A stretch of 64,000 nt of DNA, taken from Alphaproteobacteria bacterium. Its GTDB lineage: Bacteria > Pseudomonadota > Alphaproteobacteria > UBA6615. Below are positions 18,685-29,123 of the stretch, one piece after another. The stretch is taken from positions 32,001 through 96,000 of the forward strand of contig CBDHEC010000051.1 in the NCBI GenBank assembly GCA_965261975.1. The letters are read 5' to 3'. The notes below the pieces were generated by a model. That model was not told the origin of the DNA. It made no database searches and was given only the letters and a program-made list of their open reading frames with translations. Every line of letters starts with the position of its first letter. Positions within the stretch are counted from its first letter, which is position 1. The position numbers and the translations under genes were made by a program.

Positions 18685-19830
18685 CTACTCCAGCCCCAGA
18701 ATACAGGTCGAATTCGATGACAGCACACCACCGGTGCCGCTGATTAGCGCCATGACCGCATCCGCGACCTGGCGTTCGTCGCATTCACTGCGTAGTTGCC
18801 GCACAGCCTCGATGATCAGGAAGATGCCGTACTGCCCGGGGTGGCAATAGGAAAGCCCGCCACCGTTTGTGTTCAGCGGGAATTCGCCGCCCGGGCCCGT
18901 CCGGCCGTTTTCGAGAAAAGCACCGCCTTCGCCGGGTTTACAGAAGCCCAGGGATTCCAGTGTCAGCAACACGGTGATGGTGAAACTGTCGTAGATTTCG
19001 GTCACATCGATCTGGTCATGGCTCACACCCGCCATTTCGAAGGCGCGTTTGCCGGATTCCGCGGCCGGGCTGACCGTCAGGTCGGGCATTTCCGATATCT
19101 GGGCATGGGAAAGCGATTCCCCCTGACCGAGCAGCCAGACCGGCGGCTTGTCGAGGGTCTTGGCCACATCGGGGCTGACCACGATCACCGCACCGCCGCC
19201 GTCGGTGAACAGGCAGCAGTCGAGACGGTGGAGAGGGCTGGCGATCAACCCGGACTCCAGCACCTCGTCGCGGGTGAGGGGTTCGCGGCGATAGGCCCTG
19301 GGGTTGAGGCCCGCCCAAGCGCGGGTGGAGACCGCGAGGTCGGCGAGTTGCTCGGACGAGGTGCCGTATTCGGCGAAATGGCGCGAGGCGGCCAAGGCAT
19401 AGGCACCGACGGGTGTGGGCAGGCCGTAGGGTGCTTCATACTGGTATCCGAGATCGTTGCGGATCTGGAAGATGTACTTGTCCTGCTTCGAACGCTGGGT
19501 GCTGCCATACAGAATCACCGCTACCTTGCAGAGCCCGGCCTGGATCGCGGCGGCGGCATGGCCGAGGTGGAACTCGAAGGACGCCCCACCGACCGACGTG
19601 CTGTCGGCATATTTTGGCTGGATGCCCAGATACTCGGCGATCTGCAGTTGCGGCAGGCGGCCCCAGGCACCGGAGACGAGAACCCCATCCACGTCGGATT
19701 TTTCCAGCCCGGCGTCGGCGAGGGCCGCTGCGAAGGCCTCGGCCTGAAGTGTGAGAACGGTTGATTCGGGGACAACGCCGAGGCGGGATTCCGCCACGCC
19801 GGCGATGGCGCAGGCTTTCTTCAGACTCAA
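18685..19830 (-). CDS. Thiolase-superfamily protein (SCP2/Ltp2-like)
   Basis: DCCLFTDGGGA, EIYDSFT, NTNGGGLSYCHPG. GGAS sits at the usual nucleophilic Cys position. Confidence 0.85.
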   Translation of the reverse strand: MSLKKACAIAGVAESRLGVVPESTVLTLQAEAFAAALADAGLEKSDVDGVLVSGAWGRLPQLQIAEYLGIQPKYADSTSVGGASFEFHLGHAAAAIQAGLCKVAVILYGSTQRSKQDKYIFQIRNDLGYQYEAPYGLPTPVGAYALAASRHFAEYGTSSEQLADLAVSTRAWAGLNPRAYRREPLTRDEVLESGLIASPLHRLDCCLFTDGGGAVIVVSPDVAKTLDKPPVWLLGQGESLSHAQISEMPDLTVSPAAESGKRAFEMAGVSHDQIDVTEIYDSFTITVLLTLESLGFCKPGEGGAFLENGRTGPGGEFPLNTNGGGLSYCHPGQYGIFLIIEAVRQLRSECDERQVADAVMALISGTGGVLSSNSTCILGLE

Positions 19831-19952
19831 ACCGGTTCCCCCGTATTTCGGCGTACGCAGCGATACGCGCGATATCGGGAATTATCGCCAAGTGCGGGCA
19901 GATGTCCACGCGTGCGGGCGCATGGCGAGCACTCGATCCGGGCCGGTTGGGG

Positions 19953-20390
19953 CTAAGCGCCGGCCAGCTTCTGGATCAGCTGTTCGGCGAGCCAGTCGGT
20001 ATAAATCTCCGAACCTGACCGAAGAACATGCCCGGCATCATGCCAGTGCTCGTCAGTCAGTTGTTCCGGCAGGTCGGAATTGGAGTACTCGATACAGCGG
20101 ATGGCGGGTGTTCGCTCGCAAATCGCGGCCTGATGCGCCCGCCGGAAACTGTCGAGGATCGGCGGTGTGAAATACAGCGTATGCTTGATGCCGAGCTTGG
20201 GGAGGGCCGCGGCTTGTTCCTCGCGCCAGCGCAGGGTGGCGTTCAGGACATCGGCCTTTGCGACCAGGACCGGGAAATCCTTCTTCGATGCGCTCGGAAC
20301 GGCCTCGGCGTCGAATGTGGGGTTTGGCTCGTCAAACGGTTGGTAGGCGTTTCGGGGCGGCAGGAAATTGCGGTGTTTGGCGGTTTTCGC
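19953..20390 (-). pseudogene. Start-less C-terminal remnant of an SGNH/DltD-like hydrolase
   Basis: Stop-to-stop frame of 146 codons with no ATG/GTG/TTG, ending ...HTLYFTPP...DEHWHDAGHVLRSGSEIYTDWLAEQL (D-x-x-H block). Confidence 0.55.
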
Positions 20391-20425
20391 CTAGGTTACA
20401 GGCATATCGGAAAAGGAATGATGCG

Positions 20426-21394
20426 ATGGCGATGCTGGTCGACGGCCAATGGGTCGAAGAGAACGAAACCAAGAACAAGACGGACAAGTCAGGTGCCTTC
20501 AAACGCACCGATTCTACGTTCCGCAACTGGGTGACGACGGACGGCACGCCAGGACCGAGCGGTGAGGGCGGGTTCGTGCCTGAACGGGGCCGCTACCATC
20601 TCTACATCGCGATGAACTGCCCCTGGGCGCACCGCACGTTGCTGACGCGCACCTTCAAGGGCCTCGAAGACGTCATAAGCCTCGACAAGACCGTACCGCG
20701 CCGCAACGACCAGGGCTGGTACTTCGACGACGACCATGTCGACAACGTGATGGGCCTTTCGGCGCTGCATCAGGTCTATACCGCGTCCGATCCGAATGCC
20801 ACGACCCGCGTCACCGTGCCAGTGCTCTGGGACCGTGAGAGCGAGAGCATCGTCAGCAACGAATCCGCCGAGATCATTCGGATGTTCAATGGAGCGTTCG
20901 ATGCCTTCTCCAACAACGAGCGCGACTTGTATCCCGACGAACTGGCGGACCAGATCGACGAGTGGAACGATCTGATTTATCGGACCATCAATAACGGCGT
21001 GTACCGCGCCGGATTCTCGATCGCCCAGGACGCCTATGAGACCGCCGTTCGCGACGTCTTCGCGACATTGGACAAGTTGGAGGCGCATCTGGCGGAAAAT
21101 CGCTACCTCTGTGGCGACCAGTTTACGGAAGCCGATGTGCGGTTGTTCCCGACGATGATCCGGTTCGATGTGGCGTATTACGGGGCATTCAAGTGCAACC
21201 TACGGCGCCTGATCGACTATCCGAACCTTTGGGCCTACACCCGCGAGATCTACCAGATGCCGGGGATTGCCGACACGGTCGATCTCGATGTCTACAAGCG
21301 CGGCTATTACTCGAAGAGCCCGCAGCGCAACCCGAGTGGCGTTGTCCCGCTCGGACCAGCGATCGACCCGAGCGTTCCGCACGGTCGGGGCTAG
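20426..21394 (+). CDS. Glutathionyl-hydroquinone reductase (YqjG/Xi-class GST)
   Basis: RYHLY..CPWAHR, VTVPVLWD, IVSNESAEII, INNGVYRAGF, FKCN. Confidence 0.92.
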   Translation: MAMLVDGQWVEENETKNKTDKSGAFKRTDSTFRNWVTTDGTPGPSGEGGFVPERGRYHLYIAMNCPWAHRTLLTRTFKGLEDVISLDKTVPRRNDQGWYFDDDHVDNVMGLSALHQVYTASDPNATTRVTVPVLWDRESESIVSNESAEIIRMFNGAFDAFSNNERDLYPDELADQIDEWNDLIYRTINNGVYRAGFSIAQDAYETAVRDVFATLDKLEAHLAENRYLCGDQFTEADVRLFPTMIRFDVAYYGAFKCNLRRLIDYPNLWAYTREIYQMPGIADTVDLDVYKRGYYSKSPQRNPSGVVPLGPAIDPSVPHGRG

Positions 21395-21403
21395 GGCGCG
21401 CGC

Positions 21404-24307
21404 CTAGCCGATTGCGCCGGATGCATGAGTGATGCCGCTGCTGATCTTCTGAATCAGGACATGGATTTCACGCATCGGCTTGAAGATCGTGATGTGTTCG
21501 TCGATGTAACCCTCGCGGCTGAGTTGGGCGTAAGTGGAGGGTTCGCCGAAATCCTCGGCCGGGCGTTGTTCCCCGGCGACGGGGAAGGCGCGTTCGAGAA
21601 TAACCAGCGCGCTCGGGACTCCGAGTTGCAGCAACTCTGCGACGACGTCGTCGATTGTCACGTTTGGCTCCCGGCTGAAGCGCGGAACCTGGGTGATGAG
21701 CCGGAATAGTTGCCCGATAAGCGCAATACGTACCGCGTGAAGCAGCTCGATCGTCGCGGCATGGTCGGGTTCGCCCTCGGCCGGCGTGATATCGCCCTGA
21801 CCCAGTTCATCGAGGGCTGATTGCCGGGTGATGCTGTCCTGCAGAAACAGGCGGAGCATGCGGCTCAACCGCTCGTGCCGACCGGCGCGCTGAAGAGTGC
21901 CGGCGAGGTTCTCCATCGGTTTGCGAAGGACAGGATCGTCGGTCGATTGCGCCCGGAGCAACCACCCGACCGGGTCGAACAGACCGACATATCCGCGGAA
22001 CGCCGGCAGCGAACCATAGCTGTCTGCGCGCCTTGCAAGGTCGACGAGACTTCGCAGCCGCGGGGATTGATCGTAGATTCCGTGAAAGCGCTCCGGATCG
22101 ATGGCGATCGCGCGTCCCAGCCCGCCGACCGTGTTCGAGAGATAGCCGAGCTGCTGCAGGATACCGTTGTTGGGGATGGCGCGTATCTGGGACGGGTGTG
22201 CGGAATCTGCCGGGCGCTGGCCCTCATGGGCGCGCTTGGTTGGACGCGAACCGGACTTGGGGAGCAGGTTTGTCGAGAAGGTACCGAGGAGCGAGGCGTA
22301 ATCGGGATCCTCGACCAGCCGGTCGTGGAAGGTCTTTACCGCGAGGAAGAATTCAAGCGAGAAATCCGTGTCGGCATAGAAGCGGTCCGCTGTGGCGGTC
22401 TCGGCGCTTTCGGTATCGAAACGTTGCTCGACGAGGCGACTCATGGTCGCGAAGGCGATGTCGGGATTGACGAAAAACACATAGCCATCGCCACCCTGGA
22501 AGCTGAGTTCCTGCTTCGTGGTAACGCCGGCGTCGGCGAAGACCGCACGGCTGAACGGCGTGTCGACATAGTCCAGGCGGTCGCTGAACGAGACCGGATG
22601 AGCGCCGCGGCCCACGGACTCTCCATGGGTATCGAAGATCACAACCTCGATGTCGGTAAGACCGGCCGCCGAGAGCACGCCCGCGAGCTTGATACGGAAT
22701 CGCTCGATGGCGAGTGACGCCGCGATCTGTCCCATAAAACGTCCGGCATCGGAGAAACCGGTCTGCACGCACAGCCGTTTCCGGCCCTGGATGTAGGCCC
22801 GGTAGTGCTCGTTCTCGACCAGTTCGGCGATCATGTCGTGGCCGTGCTCAAGCGCGTGGGGTGTCTCGAACAGCGGTGAGATATCGACCTGGGCGTCGAT
22901 ACCGAACAAGCGCGCGAAGTAGAGCGCCGTGAGAACCTCAAACGGAGATTCACACTCAGCGATCAACAGCCGGATCGGCGTTTCGGAATCCACGTGTTTG
23001 AGGATTTGCGAGGCGATCATGAACAGGCGCCGGGCCGAGGCGGATTCCGACACCACGTCACCGAAGTTGCTGGTGACGGGAACCGAACTGGCGATCAGCT
23101 CGTTCAGGGCGCGCATATGAGAGCGCCGGGTCGCCGATACATTTGGTGAATGCTCGAGGCCGACGTCGCGGCGAATTGCGTTCACCAGCTGGGAGGCGTT
23201 CAGACGGAGATGTACGTGGGCTGCCCCCAGCCCGCTGGTGGCCACGAGCGCGCGCAGGGCAGCGACGGAATCGGCGAGCGCGTCGGGTGCGATCGTGACG
23301 GCTCGATCGAGCGGTGCCAGTAGGGATGCAGCGTTGGTTTGACGGGTCTCGGTGCGTGAGGCGATGTGCCGGTTGAAACGCTGGACAGCATCTCCATCCA
23401 TGGAATCGGCGCCGAGGATACCGAGGTCGGCGACAATCAGGTAGTGCAGATCGCTGAGGCGGGCTGCCACCAGCTCAATCTGGGCGCGGAACTCGTCGCC
23501 GGGTTCGTCGTTTTCGGCAATTTCGTCATTGATCGCGTTGGTGCGGTTGATCAGGAAATCGACCTGGTCGAGTTCGCTGCGCAAGCGCGCGGACATGGTG
23601 TCGGACCAGCCGATGTCCGCGCGGCCGTCGAGGTCGTAACCGACCCAGCTTGCCAGTGTGGCGATCTGCGGCACCAGATCGCGCCATTCGTCGGGGTAGG
23701 CGGCGCGGGCGACGGACAGAATGATTGCGTGGATCTGGCCACGGGCATGACGCGCGTTTGCAATGGCGCGTGCGGCGAATTCTTCTTCAAGGCGAAGATC
23801 GATCGATGGCGGCGGTCCGAACAATTCGCCGTCGGACAGGTGCTGGATCAACTGCTCCCGGTCGACACTGTCGACCGCGATGTCTGCGAGTGCTGACATC
23901 GCCTCGCGCGACATCGAGAAAGTCGGGTGCGCGGTAAACACGATCCCGAAGGTGGCGCGATCGACTCTGGCGCGAAAATCTCCGAAGGGCAGTGTCTTTC
24001 CGTAACTGTCGACAGTCAGTGATTCGAAAAGCTTGCGCAGGCCCGCTGCGTTGGCGTCGGGCGCGACCTCGCCCAGATAACTCCGCAGACGGCCGGCCCG
24101 AATTCGAAACGCGTCGCGCGTCAGGCTGTCGACGGCGTCGGCAAGATCGTCGAGGCCGAGATCCCCGCGGTCGAGCATACGCGTGATCTCGTCGGAGATC
24201 GTCTGAACATGGTTCGCCAACGGCTCGTCGCGTACCGTATGACGGTAGGCGCCATGGAGGATCGAGAGTTGGGTGGAGATGCCCTGTGTGGGGCTGTCGC
24301 TGCTCAT
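21404..24307 (-). CDS. ppc: Phosphoenolpyruvate carboxylase, divergent type
   Basis: VFTAHPT, SWVGYDLDGR, PLFET, GFSDAGR, GRG, RAIP; 967 aa. Confidence 0.8.
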   Translation of the reverse strand: MSSDSPTQGISTQLSILHGAYRHTVRDEPLANHVQTISDEITRMLDRGDLGLDDLADAVDSLTRDAFRIRAGRLRSYLGEVAPDANAAGLRKLFESLTVDSYGKTLPFGDFRARVDRATFGIVFTAHPTFSMSREAMSALADIAVDSVDREQLIQHLSDGELFGPPPSIDLRLEEEFAARAIANARHARGQIHAIILSVARAAYPDEWRDLVPQIATLASWVGYDLDGRADIGWSDTMSARLRSELDQVDFLINRTNAINDEIAENDEPGDEFRAQIELVAARLSDLHYLIVADLGILGADSMDGDAVQRFNRHIASRTETRQTNAASLLAPLDRAVTIAPDALADSVAALRALVATSGLGAAHVHLRLNASQLVNAIRRDVGLEHSPNVSATRRSHMRALNELIASSVPVTSNFGDVVSESASARRLFMIASQILKHVDSETPIRLLIAECESPFEVLTALYFARLFGIDAQVDISPLFETPHALEHGHDMIAELVENEHYRAYIQGRKRLCVQTGFSDAGRFMGQIAASLAIERFRIKLAGVLSAAGLTDIEVVIFDTHGESVGRGAHPVSFSDRLDYVDTPFSRAVFADAGVTTKQELSFQGGDGYVFFVNPDIAFATMSRLVEQRFDTESAETATADRFYADTDFSLEFFLAVKTFHDRLVEDPDYASLLGTFSTNLLPKSGSRPTKRAHEGQRPADSAHPSQIRAIPNNGILQQLGYLSNTVGGLGRAIAIDPERFHGIYDQSPRLRSLVDLARRADSYGSLPAFRGYVGLFDPVGWLLRAQSTDDPVLRKPMENLAGTLQRAGRHERLSRMLRLFLQDSITRQSALDELGQGDITPAEGEPDHAATIELLHAVRIALIGQLFRLITQVPRFSREPNVTIDDVVAELLQLGVPSALVILERAFPVAGEQRPAEDFGEPSTYAQLSREGYIDEHITIFKPMREIHVLIQKISSGITHASGAIG

Positions 24308-25482
24308 CCCGCGGCGGCGGCCAGGCGGTCAAGGCCGGCTTCCAGATCCGCGATGAGGTCATCGGGATGTTCGAGGCCTACATGCAGGCGCAGCAGGGTC
24401 CCGGTCGATTCCCATTCGGTCGCCGTGCGAATGGGCTTCGACGGCAGGATGAGGGACTCGTATCCACCCCAGCTGGCGCCCATGGCGAACAATTCCATGC
24501 CGTCGAGCATGGCGGCCAGGGCCGCGTCGTCATGATGCGTGTCGAGGGTCAGGCCGAACAGTCCGCACGCCCCCTCGAAATCCCGTTTCCAGAGTTCGTG
24601 CCCGGGGTCGTCAGGCAGCGCGGGGAAAAGCACACGGGTGACTTCGGGCCTTGTCTTGAGCCAATTGGCGACCTTGAGCGCGTTTTCCTCATGTTGACGC
24701 AGACGCACCGCCATGGTGCGCAGGCCGCGCAGACCGAGATAACAATCATCCGGTGCGGCATGCTGGCCCCAATAGCGGAAGTTCATCAGGATTTTCTCGT
24801 AATGCTCCGCGGTCGTGACGATGATGCCCAGCATCGCGTCGGAATGGCCGACGATATATTTGGTCGCGGCGTGCACCGAGACATCGACGCCTTTCTCGAA
24901 CGAACGGAAATTGAGTGGCGTGCCCCAGGTGTTGTCGTTGATCACGACCGCGCCGCGCGCGTGCGCCGCCTCGGAAATTGCCGGAATGTCCTGGACCTCG
25001 AAAGTCTGGGAGCCGGGTGCTTCTGTCAGCACGACCTTGGTGTTGTCCTGCAACAGGTCGGCGATGCCGCCGCCGATCAACGGGTCGTAGTAGGTGGTCT
25101 CGACGCCGTACTTCGCCATGACGTTGTTGCAGAAGTTACGGGTGGGGAAGTAGGCGCTGTCGGAGACGAGAATATGGTCGCCGGCTTCAACGAAAGCGGA
25201 AATGGCCGTCGTGATGGATGCCAGACCGGATGAAACGGCGATCGCGTGGTCGCCGCCTTCGACGAGGGCGACAGCTTCTTCGAGTGACTTCTGGGTCGGC
25301 GTTCCCATCCGTCCGTAGGTGATGTGCTTGGTGAAATCACGCGCGCGCCACTCGGCCAGTGTCGGGCTGGTGACCGTGGAGGCGTGATAGACCGGTGGAT
25401 TGACGATCCCGTAGTTGTTCTCCGGATCGCGCCCGCCGCTGGCGAGCAGTGTCTCCGGGTGGACATTGTCCTTCTTGGTCAT
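24304..25482 (-). CDS. metC: Cystathionine beta-lyase
   Basis: VNPPVYHAST, YGRMGTPT, DNTW, PLP lysine in ATKYIVGHSD, MGASWGGYESL. Confidence 0.92.
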   Translation of the reverse strand: MTKKDNVHPETLLASGGRDPENNYGIVNPPVYHASTVTSPTLAEWRARDFTKHITYGRMGTPTQKSLEEAVALVEGGDHAIAVSSGLASITTAISAFVEAGDHILVSDSAYFPTRNFCNNVMAKYGVETTYYDPLIGGGIADLLQDNTKVVLTEAPGSQTFEVQDIPAISEAAHARGAVVINDNTWGTPLNFRSFEKGVDVSVHAATKYIVGHSDAMLGIIVTTAEHYEKILMNFRYWGQHAAPDDCYLGLRGLRTMAVRLRQHEENALKVANWLKTRPEVTRVLFPALPDDPGHELWKRDFEGACGLFGLTLDTHHDDAALAAMLDGMELFAMGASWGGYESLILPSKPIRTATEWESTGTLLRLHVGLEHPDDLIADLEAGLDRLAAAAG

Positions 25483-26342
25483 GCGGAACCCTTTTCCTTT
25501 ACGGTTTCGTCGTGGCTGCCCCATTCGGTCCAGGAACCGTCATAGAGCGCCCAATTGTCGCGTCCGATCAAATGCATCCCGAGGCCCAGGATGCAGGCGG
25601 TGACCCCGGACCCACAGGTCGTGGCCACGGTGCGTGCACCGTCGGCGCCGACCCGGTCGAAAGCCGCGCGCAGCGTGTCGGCATCCCGAAACGTACCGGC
25701 CTCGGCATCAACAATCTCCGAATATGGCAGGTTGGTCGACCCGGGTATGTGGCCCGGCTCGACCCCGGGGCGCGCTTCGGGCTGGCTGCCGTCGAAACGG
25801 TTGGCCGCACGGGCATCCAGCACCAGGTCGGTGCCGCCTTCGATGTTGGCCTGAATCTGATCGATCGAACGCAGTTTCGAGGCGTCGAGGCTTGCGTTGA
25901 AGCTTGTGCCCTCAAATGACGGGATGTCGGTGGTCACAGGCTGGCCTTCTGCCTGCCAGTTACGAAACCCGCCGGCCATCACGGCGACGTTTTCATGACC
26001 AAACACCCGAAACATCCACCAAACCCGCGGGGCACAGAACAATCCATCTGCGTCGTAGACGATCACCCGTGTCTCATTTGATATCCCCATGGCGCCGACG
26101 GCTGCCGCGAAATCGTCCGCGCTGGGGAACATATGGGGTGAGGGGGTTGGGTTCGGGTCGCAGACGGCATCGATGTCGAAATGGAGTGCCCCGGGGATAT
26201 GCGCATCGCGATATTCGGCCTTGCCATCCCGGCCGGTCGCCGCGAGGTGATAGGAACCGTCGATAATCCGAACGTTCGGATCATCGAGATGATCGGCCAC
26301 CCAGGCGGTGTCGACGAGGGAATCAGAATTTACGTAGCTCAT
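25479..26342 (-). CDS. sseA: 3-mercaptopyruvate sulfurtransferase
   Basis: Tandem rhodanese with HIPGA, CGSGVTAC active-site loop and YDGSWTEW. Confidence 0.93.
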   Translation of the reverse strand: MSYVNSDSLVDTAWVADHLDDPNVRIIDGSYHLAATGRDGKAEYRDAHIPGALHFDIDAVCDPNPTPSPHMFPSADDFAAAVGAMGISNETRVIVYDADGLFCAPRVWWMFRVFGHENVAVMAGGFRNWQAEGQPVTTDIPSFEGTSFNASLDASKLRSIDQIQANIEGGTDLVLDARAANRFDGSQPEARPGVEPGHIPGSTNLPYSEIVDAEAGTFRDADTLRAAFDRVGADGARTVATTCGSGVTACILGLGMHLIGRDNWALYDGSWTEWGSHDETVKEKGSA

Positions 26343-26367
26343 AAGAAATACTCCTTATGTCACTGTT

Positions 26368-27108
26368 TTAAATATCATTTAAGGCGATCGCAACGCGCCG
26401 GTTCTGGCGGCCCTTACTCTCGATTTTGGTAACGGTAACAGCCCCGATTTCGGAGGTGTTGGCCACATGGGTGCCGCCGCAGGGTTGCAGATCCTGGCCC
26501 GCGATCCGGATCAAGCGTACCTGGCCCGCGCCCATTGGCGGTTTAACGCTCATGGTCTTCACCAGATCGGGTTGGGCTTCGAGTTCGGCGTCGCTGATCC
26601 AGTCCTGATCGACCGCATGATTGCCGGCAATCAGCTCATTCAGCCGCTGTGTGATCTCGACCTTGTCCAGGTTACTCTCCGGAATCGCGAAATCGAGCCG
26701 GCCTTTGCCGTCGTTCACCTGTCCACCCGTGACAGGGTACTCAATGACGGCAGACAGCAGATGCAGGCAGGTGTGAACTCGCATCATTCGGTGACGGCGC
26801 TCCCAGTCGATGCTAGCGGTGACAACGCTGCCGGGTTCGGGCGCTGTCTGGCCTTCGGCCGGCACATGCACGATGACATCCGGGCCGCCGTCATCGTCGC
26901 GGCCCTTGACGGTGGTGGCGATCTCGATCCGGTCGCCGTTGGCGAGCTCGAGACTGCCGGAATCACCAGGCTGTCCGCCGCCCGTTGGATAGAACACCGT
27001 CCGGTCGAGCACGATACCGCCCAGGTCGTTCACCGAGACAACCGTCGCGCCACAGCTTTGTGCGTAGGGATCGTCGCGGAAGACTGTACCCGTTGCGGGG
27101 GTGCTCAC
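26368..27108 (-). CDS. Alanyl-tRNA editing protein AlaX-M
   Basis: TVFYPTGGGQPGD, HTCLH and CGGTH zinc motifs. GTG start overlaps the cysK stop. Confidence 0.92.
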   Translation of the reverse strand: MSTPATGTVFRDDPYAQSCGATVVSVNDLGGIVLDRTVFYPTGGGQPGDSGSLELANGDRIEIATTVKGRDDDGGPDVIVHVPAEGQTAPEPGSVVTASIDWERRHRMMRVHTCLHLLSAVIEYPVTGGQVNDGKGRLDFAIPESNLDKVEITQRLNELIAGNHAVDQDWISDAELEAQPDLVKTMSVKPPMGAGQVRLIRIAGQDLQPCGGTHVANTSEIGAVTVTKIESKGRQNRRVAIALNDI

Positions 27109-28109
27109 TTGTCCAGCCATTCCGGGAAGGGCAGGCCTTTTTCCTTGAGGAACGCGACATTGAAGATTTTCGACGCATAGCGATGGGCGCCGTCGCAAAG
27201 GATGGTGACGATCGTATGCCCCGGCCCGAGCTCCTTGGCCAGGCGGATCGCGCCAGCGACGTTGATGCCGCTGGAGGTGCCGAGGCTCAGGCCTTCTTCG
27301 CGGATCAGGTTGTACATGACCGGCAGGGCTTCCTCGTCGGGGATCTGGAAGGGGAAATCGACCGGTACGCCCTCGAGATTGGCGGTAATCCGGCCCTGGC
27401 CGATGCCTTCGGTGATCGAGGATCCCTCGGACTTCAACTCGCCATTGGCATAGTAATTATAGATCGCTGCACCCATGGGGTCGGCGAGGCCGATCTTGAC
27501 GTCGGGATTCTTGCTTTTCAGGTACATGCCGACGCCGGCAAGGGTGCCGCCGGTGCCGACCGCGCAAATGAAGCCGTCGAGTTTGCCTTCGGTCTGCTCC
27601 CAGATTTCCGGGCCGGTGGTGTCGAAATGACCCTGGCGGTTGGCGACATTGTCGAACTGGTTGGCCCAGATCGCACCGGCATCTTCCTTGGCGGCGAGTT
27701 CATCGGCCAGTCGGCCCGACTGCTTGATGTAGTTGTTCGGGTCCTTGTAGGGGACTGCGGGAACCTCGATCAGTTCGGCGCCGGCCTGGCGGAGCGCATC
27801 CTTCTTCTCCTGGGTCTGGGTCTCGGGAATCACGATGACCGTCCGATAACCGAGTGCGTTTGCCACATGGGCGAGCCCGATACCGGTGTTGCCGGCGGTA
27901 CCCTCGACGATCACACCTCCCGGTTTCAGCAAGCCCTTCGCCTCGGCGTCCTTGACGATCGCCAGGGCGGCGCGATCCTTGACGGACCCGGCAGGATTGA
28001 GAAATTCGGCCTTTCCCAGGATGGTGCAACCGGTCTCTTCCGAGGCCCGGTGCAATTTGATCAGCGGCGTATTGCCGACCGCTTCGATGAAACCGTCGCG
28101 AACGTTCAT
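27105..28109 (-). CDS. cysK: Cysteine synthase A
   Basis: GNTPL, NPAGSVKDR, EGTAGNTGIG, GTGGT. Confidence 0.9.
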   Translation of the reverse strand: MNVRDGFIEAVGNTPLIKLHRASEETGCTILGKAEFLNPAGSVKDRAALAIVKDAEAKGLLKPGGVIVEGTAGNTGIGLAHVANALGYRTVIVIPETQTQEKKDALRQAGAELIEVPAVPYKDPNNYIKQSGRLADELAAKEDAGAIWANQFDNVANRQGHFDTTGPEIWEQTEGKLDGFICAVGTGGTLAGVGMYLKSKNPDVKIGLADPMGAAIYNYYANGELKSEGSSITEGIGQGRITANLEGVPVDFPFQIPDEEALPVMYNLIREEGLSLGTSSGINVAGAIRLAKELGPGHTIVTILCDGAHRYASKIFNVAFLKEKGLPFPEWLDK

Positions 28110-28304
28110 TTCACTGCCTTTATGTGTAATTCCAGGGGAAGTACGCTTGCCGGGAATGTAGCTTCCGCCCGGTGCCCCTGCAAGCGCAGGCACGCCGGTT
28201 TTTGGCGTTTCATGACAATTCATCGGGCTTGATTGTTGCTGCATGCCAACGAATAACTGTGAGGGTCTCGGCGGGCACATCGTCCCGGCGCGAAATGGCA
28301 AGAA

Positions 28305-29120
28305 TTGGCGACGGAGAATCTTATGGATCTAGGACTTTCGGGAAAACGCGCGCTGATATCGGGTTCGTCGCTTGGGATCGGCCGCGCCATCGCGGAATCG
28401 CTGGCGAGGGAAGGGGCAAGCGTTGTGATCAACGGTCGGAATGCCGAACGGTTGGGGCAAGCCGTGGAAGAAATATCTGCGATCGGCGATGTGCGCGGCC
28501 TCGTTGCAGACATATCGACCGCTACGGGAGCAGACGTTCTTGCGTCATTCGCTACCCAGGAAGGCCCCGTCGACATTCTGGTCAACAATGCCGGCATGTT
28601 CACGGTGAACGAGTTCTTCGACATCGAGGATGCTGACTGGCAGGCGATGTTCGATCTCAACGTCATGAGCGCGGTTCGGCTGTCACGGGCGTTGATGCCG
28701 TCTATGCTCGATCGTGACTGGGGGCGGGTGCTGTTCATCGGCTCGGATCAAAGTTCGAAGCCGAATCCCTCGATGGCCCATTACGCGATGACCAAGACCG
28801 CGCTCGTCTCGATCGCGCGTAGCCTCGCGGAACGCACGCGCGAGACCGGTGTCACGGTGAACACCCTGCAGGTCGCCCCGACCTGGACCGACGGGGTCGA
28901 TGCGTTCATGAAGCAAATGGCGGAAATCGACGGCACGACGCCGGAAGAGATGAGCAAAAGCTATTTCGCCGAGGGTGAGGGCAGCACGTCGCTCCTGCAA
29001 CGCTGGGCGCAACCGGAAGAGATTGCCGCGGTCGCCACCTTCCTTTGTTCACCTCAGGCCTCGGCCATCAACGGCAGCGCGCCACGTGCCGACGGCGGGA
29101 TGGTGCGGTCGCTTTTCTAG
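28305..29120 (+). CDS. SDR family oxidoreductase
   Basis: SGSSLGIG, NNAG, YAMTK. Confidence 0.88.
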   Translation: MATENLMDLGLSGKRALISGSSLGIGRAIAESLAREGASVVINGRNAERLGQAVEEISAIGDVRGLVADISTATGADVLASFATQEGPVDILVNNAGMFTVNEFFDIEDADWQAMFDLNVMSAVRLSRALMPSMLDRDWGRVLFIGSDQSSKPNPSMAHYAMTKTALVSIARSLAERTRETGVTVNTLQVAPTWTDGVDAFMKQMAEIDGTTPEEMSKSYFAEGEGSTSLLQRWAQPEEIAAVATFLCSPQASAINGSAPRADGGMVRSLF

Positions 29121-29123
29121 GCC

